DNA of 47,599 bases from Octopus bimaculoides (lineage: Eukaryota). Positions 38,165-47,599 of the stretch are shown one piece after another (position 1 is the stretch's first letter; every line of letters begins with the position of its first letter). The notes under the pieces are model-generated. The model did no database searches. It had not been told where the DNA came from and worked only from the letters and a program-made list of their open reading frames with translations. Made by a program: the position numbers and the translations under genes. The stretch is taken from NCBI RefSeq assembly GCF_001194135.2, contig NC_068986.1:82431553-82479151 (forward strand), written 5' to 3'.

Positions 38165-38299
38165 CTAGTCTCTTGAATCAGAGAAAGACAATTCCACAAT
38201 TTCTAGCTGGACCTGAACAAATGATTCGTTTATAGAGATTAAATGTTTGTGCTACACATGGGCTCATTCCCGTCCTCAAATCGACATTGCTTATACGGG

Positions 38300-38458
38300 T
38301 GGACAGTGGGCCACACGATAGAAGTCAAAGTAATCGCAGAGCAACGTGAGATGAAGTATTTTGCTCCAGAACACAATGCATCTAATGGACCGAGAATCGA
38401 ACCCATGAACTCGCGATTGTGGGTACAACACCCTAACCACTAGACCACAATCCCCCAC
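38300..38458 (-). mobile_element. Degenerate tRNA-headed CORE-like SINE
   Basis: gagcaacgtgagatgaagtattttgctccagaacacaa...gaatcgaaccc...ccctaaccactagaccac. Confidence 0.7.
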
Positions 38459-38857
38459 ATTACAGCAAATACACACATATAAAATGGCCGCTCTATGCTG
38501 TCTGCTCAGCTCGCGCACCTTTTCTTAACACAGTGGCTGAGTTGGGCAATGATTGACTGCTCTATTTCATTTGTGTGTAAATCCAGGTCAATCTTAAGCT
38601 TGTTCATTAAAGATATACCATAACTCTGCAAGTGTGCAGCGAAAGAGAGTGTTCATTTAATTATTATTTTTCTCATAAGGACTGATTCTATTTATATAAG
38701 TCCATCATTTAAAACTTGTATGATGTTTAATCATAGCATGGTTCGTTTACTTATGGCTGTTTATCCTCAGGTCATTCTTCATTAGGGCTTTCATCCACTG
38801 TGCATCTAGATCATCCAATATATCTTTCGCTTTAAATTAGGAAAATGCCACCATAAC

Positions 38858-39335
38858 AGACCTCTGTCAAAGACCACCACAATAGAATACCGTCAAGGAC
38901 AACACAACAGGACACTGTCAATAATCACCACAGCAGAATACCGACAAACACCACAACAACAGGATATCGTTAAAGGCCAACACAGCAGCACAATGTAAAT
39001 GACTGGCACAACAGAACACCGTCAAAGGCTACCACAACAACATATTGTCAAAGACCATTACAACAGAATACTAAGTTTGTCACAGCAAAACGCTCTCAAT
39101 GACAATAGAACACTGCCAACGATTCTCACAACAGAACTTTGGTAAAAACAACGACAACAGAACACTGTAAAAGACCACCATAGCAGAACACTATCAAAGA
39201 GTACTATAACAAGTTACTGTTAATAACCAACGCAAGAGAACATTGCCAGAGTCCACCGAAGCAGAACACTGTCAATGCCCACCGTAACAAGACACTGCCT
39301 ATGACCATCACAACAGAACCTTGTCAAGGACCATA
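38858..39335. repeat. Degenerate minisatellite, unit about 25-26 bp (tgtcaaagaccaccacaacagaacac)
   Basis: Recurring gtcaa...ac(a/c)acaacagaa(c/t)ac units across about 480 bp. Confidence 0.85.
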
Positions 39336-40918
39336 TGCTAATTCATTCTTTTCATACAATTTTCAAACCTTTCTATTCTTCACGCGGCGTTGTTAAACCG
39401 TTACAGATTTTTATACTCTCCAGTGTGCTTTGTGACACATGAAATTTCCACAGAGCCAGCGATGGTTGGTCGACCCTCTTCAAATAGTAGTGAAATCTCC
39501 CTCAAATCACACCATCCTCCTCATAAAAGGAGAATACACATTAGATAATGTAGTCGTACACAACTGATGCTTTATTACCGCTCTGAAACGAATGAGACGT
39601 AGATGGAAGGATACAAGTTTTGAAGTGAACAGCGACGGAAGATTTTGTCTGAGACGGTGTGTCATGCAAGTTTAAAAGTGTAGAGATGCTTAGGGTTATG
39701 AGTAGTAGCAACATGGCTACACGAGTTGTTTTCAATAGTGATTCCAGTGCCAGTTCTGCATCACCTTTGTAGACATAGATCAGTTGATGCACAATCATCA
39801 TATGAGAAAAGTGTAAGTCCATAATGAATAAAATGAATATATTGCTGCCTAGTGGTACTGAACTTATGTAAAGGTAGTATTAGCAATGTTTGAAAGTAAA
39901 TTCTGATTGCTTACCTAAAAGAATATGTGTGTATGTGTGTGTGTATGTGTGTGTGTGTGTGTATGTGTGTGTGTGTGTATGTGTGTGTGTCCGTAGTATG
40001 TATTATATGGACGAATGTATATGTATATGCATTTATATATATGTATCTATGTATGTGTATGTATATGTAAGTGTGTGTGTGTGTGTGTGTAAGTGTATGT
40101 ATCTGTGCGTATGAGGATGAATGTGTGTGGATGTGCGTGTGCGTGCGCGCGCGCGTGTGTGCAAGCAATCGCTGATGGATTGGTTTAGGGGAAATTAATT
40201 CGAGAAAGTAAAAAAGAAAAAGGGAATAAAGGAATTAAAGAAAGAATAAGAGAATGAAAGACAGAAAGAGAAAGCAAAAGAAAAAGGCAAGGAAGGAGAT
40301 GATGAAAGAAAGTGGAGGAATTGCTAATAGGATTGTATTGCGGATTCTACTGTGATATTCCTGAAATTGAGACTTCACCATTCAATGTTTGTTTCAACAT
40401 GAGAGTCTTCACTGAATTTCATTCAATTTGGAAACTGACTCTGGTTGGCTTCTTCTCGTCAATGAGTTTAATGTTTTTATCTGCACATACATAGATACAC
40501 ATGCATATATGCATAAATACATATACACTTAGATACACATACATATATATACATATAAACATACATAGATACACTTACATACAGGCATAGATTCATATAT
40601 ACATAGATAGACTTATATATAGACATAGATACATATATACGTAGATATACATACATATATGCAGAGATACGTATATACATAGAAACGCATACATATATGC
40701 ATAGAATACACACACACATATATATATATAGATACACATACATATATATATATACATAGATACACATGCATATACATGCTTACATACATACACTCATAAA
40801 TATTTATATATGCATATTCATACATACCTGTATAAATACATACATAGATATACACACGTTCATACATACCTAAATACATGCATACATGCACACACACACA
40901 CACACACGCACACACACA

Positions 40919-40972
<54 letters not shown>

Positions 40973-41169
40973 CATAGATGCATACATACATACATACATA
41001 CATACATACATACATACATACATACAAATCTCAGCAACTATGTCGTTGAAGTTTGTCATCACGAAAATAACATTACGATAACTAACGAACTTGAGGAGAG
41101 ACATGGAGTGAAAGAATATGACACAGATCTCTCCGCAAAGAACAGTGGAAAGTCTTATGTAATACCTCA

Positions 41170-41880
41170 ATAAAACCAAAATTAGACCAGTGCACTGTAC
41201 ATAGGAAGTCAAAGCGAAAATCACATTGTGGGTATAAGCCATACTAAAAGCTTGGTATATCTAATGGACAATTTTTTTTATAAAATCACGCTTTTATTTA
41301 CTTCTAAGCAAGAAATCCACTCGAAATGCCTCCATCACAGAAGCCAGAAAACATCAGCTGACAACGTACATAGGCATTGCAAAACTTAAACTAAAGATGT
41401 CATTATCAACTGCGAGAGAATATCCCCTAGATACTATCTTTCTTTTAGACGTGATGTGATAGCTGAAGCAATCTGGGATAAAGTAAGAGAAACAGAAAAT
41501 AAACTAGAAATATAAACAAGCAAATTAACACACAACCGACCAGATGTTGTTTAGGACCACAAAATATAAACATGCTCTATTGTGAAAGTCAGCTGTCCAG
41601 CTGATATCAAGATGGCAGAAAAAAAATTAAGTGATATAAAATAAAGAAGATATGTATGGAGCATTTATGAGGAATTTGGAAATCCAAACTGCACTTCAAA
41701 ATTTATATCCATTTTTTTTTTGGGGGGGGGGGGATAGAATATCTACCAAACCATAAATAGATCGAACTTCGGCTAAACTTGGAGTTACGGAATAAGAACA
41801 TAGCTCTATAATTCGTATACTACAGATGATCATGACATTCTCGGGTAATGAAAATTTACAAAATCTGCTTAAAATGTAAA
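41170..41880 (+). pseudogene. Old RLE-type retrotransposon remnant downstream of (CATA)n
   Basis: IINCERISPRYYL..RRDVIAEAIW, THNRPDVV, VSCPADIK: zinc-knuckle and PD-(D/E)xK-like region with many frameshifts. Confidence 0.6.
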
Positions 41881-42250
41881 GGGTGAATAGTTGCGTCATG
41901 GATAAATAAAAGAGAAATAGTAACAGTTTTTAAATGTGTCTGTGTCTGTGTGTGTCTGTGTAAATCTTTTCTTAAACTCAAAAACTTCAGTCAAGAAAAA
42001 GAAAACATACATACATAGATACATACATACATACATACCTGCTCAAGGGGAAGCTACTTCTAGCCGCTTTAGAAAGGCAGTCGCCAAATCACATGTTCAA
42101 CTGCAATTCAAATCGGAATTTTAGTGGCATACCTATTAGTTTGAGTCACCCTGACGAAAATGCCTCGTATCTTTTACATACATACATATATACATACAAA
42201 CATACATACACACATGCATACATGCGTACATACGTACATACATACATACA

Positions 42251-42277
<27 letters not shown>

Positions 42278-42281
<4 letters not shown>

Positions 42282-42560
42282 TAGCATGTCTAGATATGTA
42301 ACTATATGCATGAGAATACATACTTAAAACATACAAATCTGCATATAAATACATACATACATACATACATACNNNNNNNNNNGCATATAAATACATACAT
42401 ACATACATACATACATACATACATACATACATACATAGATGCAAAAATACCCTGTTGTTGATGTTGAAATTCCAATGAAGGAACCTTGGATCTAGGTTAG
42501 AAACCGGTTCTTTCTCTATTGGCAAAAAATCTTGAAATTCACTTAATAATGGCATACATA
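42278..42560 (+). mobile_element. UTR-only copy of the (TACA)n-associated RLE element
   Basis: agcatgtctagatatg...aaaataccctgttgttgatgttgaaattccaatgaagg...aataatggcatacatac, flanked by (CATA)n. Confidence 0.8.
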
Positions 42561-42889
42561 CAGACACACACAGTGTTACCTACCTATGAAACAAAAATTT
42601 AGTGGCTGAAATTTTACATAATGAAAGATCATAAAGCGTGTGATAAACACAAGACGCAGTTTATGCCAGTTGTTCCTTACGCACTTTTCGCCATCGTAGT
42701 TATTTGCATCCACCGTACAGCTAACTGTACACACAGGAAATACTGTAATGAAATATATAAATTATATTTCTGAGAAGAAAAACATACGAAGCTGCAGTGA
42801 TGGAGTGGGGAGTATAAGCATACATAATATGAATGAATATTGGGGAAATATTCTTGTCAAGGTGAAGTATATTTGCCACCTAAATGTGG

Positions 42890-43100
42890 CTGACCCTTAA
42901 GGGTAGATGTTACTGTTGCTTTTAGCCTCAGGAGAACATCTCCTCCAGCTGGCTATTGACACACATCTGTGTCCTGTCTGTATTTGCAAAGGGAAGTCAT
43001 CTTTCCCATCTTGATCTGCAATACGTACGGACTCGAGTTTCTGGGTATTTACCCGTCCTCAGCGTACGACAATCGCCGACCTTCGATGCGAAAAATGTCC
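42890..43100 (-). mobile_element. PLE-type pseudo-LTR fragment related to 37390-37749
   Basis: ccc..aaggg...ttagcc..aggaa...gctgg...gacaca...ctgtgtcc resembles 37391-37472; carries a hammerhead. Confidence 0.6.
43024..43068 (-). ncRNA. Apparently intact minimal type I hammerhead ribozyme, C/A-insertion variant
   Basis: Reverse complement cgtacg-CTGAGGA-c-ggg-taaata-ccc-a-GAAAC-tcga-GTC-cgtacg: perfect 6-bp stem I, 3-bp stem II, palindromic stem III ACTCGAGT, GUC cleavage triplet. Confidence 0.85.
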
Positions 43101-43229
43101 CGATGCAAATACGTATATCCTTTTTCCAGTGAAAATATTCACTGATTTCAATAAATGCAAGTGCGGCAGACCAGACTTAATGACCTGAAACAGAGTAAAG
43201 AAACTCTAAAGAGTGGCTGAAATTCATAA

Positions 43230-43480
43230 TGCAGAAGATTAATGAAAATGTAAACATCTAATTATTGGAGCATTTGGCTGTGTGACTAAATATCAAAACA
43301 CGTCAGAAGCTCAGATTCTCAAAAATCAAAAAGAAAAGACTTTATCAGACGATTACAGCTACAAGCAGTCAAAGGGACTGCCAACATATGTAAAACACAT
43401 TCGGCATATAAGATCCACATATACAATAACATTCAGTTGATGGCTTCGTCGAAGCTTGGTGATACACAAGCACTTAACTA
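43230..43480 (+). pseudogene. Old RLE retrotransposon C-terminal remnant
   Basis: IIGAFGCVTK...IRRLQLQAVKGTANICKT, homologous to the 28116-27950 C-terminus. Confidence 0.7.
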
Positions 43481-43926
43481 TGAGTGCACTACATCGTATT
43501 ACAACTCTAAGTTAATGAAGTTCATGACATAATTTCTTGTTCCCTACTAATTTGTATACATCTTATGTGTGCATGCATGTATTGCAAGCAGGGTAGTGAA
43601 CCCCTGCCATCTTCCAGCCACAAGACCACCAGACCGTACGGTTCTGAGCTTTTTGTGCTCATCCACGGTGGTGGATACTCGTCTGCTGGAGATAGCAGTA
43701 GTTCACTTCAGCTCCCGTTCTTGCACAATAAACCCAATTGCGAGAAAATTTCAAGACAACTGCGATTATATAAGAATGTATGCAATTGCCAAGATGTCTG
43801 AAGAGATACCCAACTTCGAAGCTATGAAGATGAAGGTTATATATTTCCTCCACATCTCATTTAAATGAAATTTAAATACGCCAGAAACCATAAACATACA
43901 TATGAATGAATGTTCGTGCAAATATA

Positions 43927-44200
43927 CAGAGTACGGGATGGCGATTGACTCCCTAATACATTTGCCCTTTGGCAGATCTTATTTTTAATTCTGTTGAGTG
44001 TCACAATCACCTTCATCAAATAACTGGGAAGTGCTACTGGTAACCCAGTACTAACTTTTGTTTCGTGAGATCCCCGGCGACTAATCTTCAGGTACACCAG
44101 TTTTGCTTGATGAGGAAGGTGAACGTGACACTCTGCAGGATTAAAAATAAGATCTACCAAAAAGCAGATGAATTAGAGAGTCAATGGCCATCCAATACTG
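43927..44200. mobile_element. MITE-like foldback element, about 100-bp TIRs, TA-flanked
   Basis: 43927-44027 aligns with the reverse complement of 44097-44200 (ggatggc.attgactc.ctaat...gatcttatttttaat...gagtgtcac..tcaccttc); TA at 43925-43926 and 44201-44202. Confidence 0.75.
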
Positions 44201-44970
44201 TACGCATATGCACGTGCATATATGATCAATTTGGAATTTGAATTCCTCTATTTCATTGATTTCTGCAAATACCTATGAAATACTTCTTCCTATCCTAAAT
44301 ATGCGTGTTCAGATATATATATATATATATATATATATACNNNNNNNNNNNNNNNNNNNNNNNNNNNNNNNNNNNNNNNNNNNNNNNNNNNNNNNNNNNN
44401 NNNNNNNNNNNNNNNNNNNNNNNNNNNNNNNNNNNNNNNNNNNNNNNNNNNNNNNNNNNNNNNNNNNNNNNNNNNNNNNNNNNNNNNNNNNNNNNNNNNN
44501 NNNNNNNNNNNNNNNNNNNNNNNNNNNNNNNNNNNNNNNNNNNNNNNNNNNNNNNNNNNNNNNNNNNNNNNNNNNNNNNNNNNNNNNNNNNNNNNNNNNN
44601 NNNNNNNNNNNNNNNNNNNNNNNNNNNNNNNNNNNNNNNNNNNNNNNNNNNNNNNNNNNNNNNNNNNNNNNNNNNNNNNNNNNNNNNNNNNNNNNNNNNN
44701 NNNNNNNNNNNNNNNNNNNNNNNNNNNNNNNNNNNNNNNNNNNNNNNNNNNNNNNNNNNNNNNNNNNNNNNNNNNNNNNNNNNNNNNNNNNNNNNNNNNN
44801 NNNNNNNNNNNNNNNNNNNNNNNNNNNNNNNNNNNNNNNNNNNNNNNNNNNNNNNNNNNNNNNNNNNNNNNNNNNNNNNNNNNNNNNNNNNNNNNNNNNN
44901 NNNNNNNNNNNNNNNNNNNNNNNNNNNNNNNNNNNNNNNNNNNNNNNNNNNNNNNNNNNNNNNNNNNNNN

Positions 44971-45023
<53 letters not shown>

Positions 45024-45079
45024 AATCTGCAAAGAGTGAAAAGTATTCAACACTGATACAAAAGTATTTTCCCTACAAC

Positions 45080-45480
45080 TATGACTATCATGAACTTTCA
45101 AGCAAAAATAATGTATAACTCAGTTACACCAAAATGCCCATCATCTACATGGTTAGAATTAATGTTAAAAACTGCTTAAGAATGAATATGTCAAATATCC
45201 CGCTTCAAAGCATCGTCACATCTGGTCCTATTGATGGCAAGTGCATAATGAACACTACTGGATCAAACAGAGCTATATTTACTAGAGATGAACGAAAATA
45301 ACTATACTGGTCAAAAGCAAGTGCACCCATCATATCCACTCAGTTAGATACATATACATGGGAAATGCAACCGCACTTTCAAAATACGTCTGGAAGCTAA
45401 AGGAGAACGCAAATTAAATTATTAGTATAGCTTAGTCGTTTGTAGAAATTACGGTTCCGCAACAAATATGTCTCAAGGAG
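45080..45480 (+). pseudogene. Penelope-like element GIY-YIG region remnant
   Basis: KNNV*LSYTKMP, PIDGKCI, YTGQ, ATALSKYVWKLKEN: typical PLE C-terminal motifs, broken by indels. Confidence 0.75.
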
Positions 45481-45559
45481 TTCCCTGCAACGTCTGGATA
45501 AAAAGCAGAAAATTATTATGCACATTAAGCAGATAGAACCTCTACTGTATGCCTATATT

Positions 45560-45569
45560 GATAGATAGG

Positions 45570-45618
<49 letters not shown>

Positions 45619-45619
45619 T

Positions 45620-45669
<50 letters not shown>

Positions 45670-46000
45670 CACACAGGCACACAGACAGACACACAGACAC
45701 GCAGACAGACACACAGACACACAGATAGATAGACAGGTTTGTATAGAGGTTTGAATGGAGACAGACAGACAGACAGATAATCAGACAGACAGATAATCAG
45801 ACAGACAGATAATCAGACAGACAGATAATCAGACAGACAGATAATCAGACAGACAGAGAATCAGACAGACAGATAATCAGACAGACAGATAATCAGACAG
45901 ACAGGCAGATGGACGGACGGACGGACGGACGGACGGACGGACGGACGGACGGACGGACAGATTGACAGATGGACAGATGGATGGATGGATGTATGGATAA
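45560..46000. repeat. Compound (GATA)n / (GACA)n / 16-bp (cagacagacagataat)n / (GGAC)n array
   Basis: Directly visible. Confidence 0.95.
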
Positions 46001-46552
46001 AGATAAAGGTATAGGTATAAATAGAAATACATGCAGTCGAAAATGCACAATAGGCTTAAGCGGCTTCAAATTTACGTGAGTTTCAAAATTGTAAGCTTTG
46101 AAGGACGTGAAACTCTGTCGCAAACTGTATACACGCACTCGCATAAACACAAATACTCATGTTTAAATATGTATAGATAAGTTTCCGTTTGAATAGTTAT
46201 TCGATAGAACGTTGTAAGACACTTTTGCAGAACCTAATTTCACCTCTATTGTATCTGTCTATATGCATACATTCATGTATGTGTGTATGTATGTATGTAT
46301 GTACGTATGTATGCATGATGTATATATGTATGTATGTATGTGCGTATGTGTGTATGTATATACATATATGCATATATGTGTGTATTAATATGTACATATA
46401 TATGTGTATCTATCTATCTACCTATATATATATATATATATNNNNNNNNNNNNNNNNNNNNNNNNNNNNNNNNNNNNNNNNNNNNNNNNNNNNNNNNNNN
46501 NNNNNNNNNNNNNNNNNNNNNNNNNNNNNNNNNNNGTATATGTATATGTTTG

Positions 46553-46593
<41 letters not shown>

Positions 46594-46735
46594 TTGTGTG
46601 TTGTATGTGTTTGTGTGTTGTGTGTGTGGAGCAGGTGAAAGTGCCGTGCAATTGAATGGGCAATGAAATCACCAAGGTGGTCTCTGGCTTCTAATAATTC
46701 GCTTCTAATACTTCGTTTACTGCTTTTCTCTGTAG

Positions 46736-46755
46736 AAGGATGAGTCATCCGGGAG
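46736..46755 (+). CDS. Candidate 20-nt microexon
   Basis: Two ctaat branch-like motifs, then actgcttttctctgtag|aaggatgagtcatccgggag|gtatat. Confidence 0.3.
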
Positions 46756-47599
46756 GTATATATATGAAATTAAAATTTATTAATTCTCTTTTCGCATTGT
46801 AGGAAATTTCCCACATTATTCTTGTTTTCTTATGCCACAACGCTCCAAGCAAACTACCACGCTGTTCATTACACGTGTGTATGGGGTGGGGGGAAGATAT
46901 ATACATGTTTTAGAGCAAAAACATTTAAGCATGTTCTGTGTAGTATTTATTAAAGTCTTACTTATCTATGCATATTTAAATGTAAACGCATGTGCATCTG
47001 TATATATGTACCTGCGTGTATGTTTATATGTCTGTCTTGTCGTGCATTATGTTGCTGAAGCTGCACTCTTATTTTTCCTGCGTATATTCTTCAATGTCTG
47101 CAAACATGCCTTAGTCGAAAAGGTGTCATGAATGAAAGCAATACGAATAAGTGAATGTACAATTAATTTAGTGCTGTAGGAAAATAGAGACTGTTTCGTT
47201 TAACGTTTTGAATTAAAGAGACTTCGTCAAGAAAATTTCTATGTAAAATTTCACCCAAAGATAGAAGGCCAATCATGGAAGGTAAGCCATATTATATTAA
47301 ACACACAAGCAACACTGACATGAAACAATTACCACTTCCATGATAACATAGAAGTATAATGGCTAAATTTTGTGGGGCAGTAAAGCTTCCATAAGTTTAA
47401 CTTCCCTAAAACCAATTAACAGTTGGCTACTGAGGTGGAAGCTCAAGTGTCAAAAGGTCTTTGACGACACAGTTTGCATAAATTCGGCTCACATTAAAGA
47501 AAGATACACAGAAGCCAAATATATTTCATATCCTGATTGATGATACCGTGAAAGTCTGGAAACGTTGATTATGGGTCAGTAACAAACTGATATATATAT

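Larger units (their letters stand above)
7347..46535. other. Assembly gaps (ten N-runs within this span)
   Basis: N at 7347-7494, 14867-14876, 19237-19994, 25396-25521, 30762-30903, 32763-33612, 36516-36746, 42373-42382, 44341-44970 and 46442-46535, mostly abutting microsatellites. Confidence 0.99.

Noticed and set aside
38858-39335. CRISPR-like array (also considered for 9111-9285)
   Set aside because: Units are contiguous and degenerate with no unique spacers; eukaryotic context with no cas genes.
42345-42400. Direct duplication gcatataaatacatac on both sides of a 10-N gap
   Set aside because: Most likely an unmerged contig overlap, i.e. an assembly artefact.
43565-43801. LFVLIHGGGYSS resembling a carboxylesterase HGGG motif
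   Set aside because: Isolated short match; no other alpha/beta-hydrolase motifs and no convincing splice boundaries.
44040-44095. CTGAAGA...GAAAC on the minus strand in the MITE spacer
   Set aside because: No stem II can form and stem I needs a bulge; treated as chance, like other isolated CTGANGA hits.
46756-46802. 47-nt intron linking the candidate microexon to ORF 46832-47131
   Set aside because: Unusually short intron, and the downstream ORF drifts into TG/TA-rich low-complexity sequence.

Overview
AT-rich, microsatellite-dense eukaryotic DNA with ten N-gaps, most consistent with an octopus (coleoid cephalopod) genome. That assignment is inferred from recalled SINE families, not from a database search. 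No intact protein-coding gene is visible: the long ORFs in the track are translations of microsatellites or N-runs. The window is intronic or intergenic and packed with decayed mobile elements: R4/Dong-like RLE retrotransposons, RTE and CR1/L2-like LINE remnants, Penelope-like (PLE) GIY-YIG and pseudo-LTR pieces, at least three tRNA-headed SINE families, a Helentron-type HINE, a TA-flanked MITE and an inverted 21-bp repeat array. The most interesting signals are: (1) six minimal hammerhead-ribozyme motifs, including an apparently intact one at 43024-43068 and a relative at 37626-37668 that share an unusual C/A insertion and show stem covariation; (2) TSD-flanked dimeric SINEs with a fixed junction and swappable tails; (3) RLE elements that appear to target (TAA)n and (TACA)n microsatellites; (4) a speculative chain of very small + strand exons.
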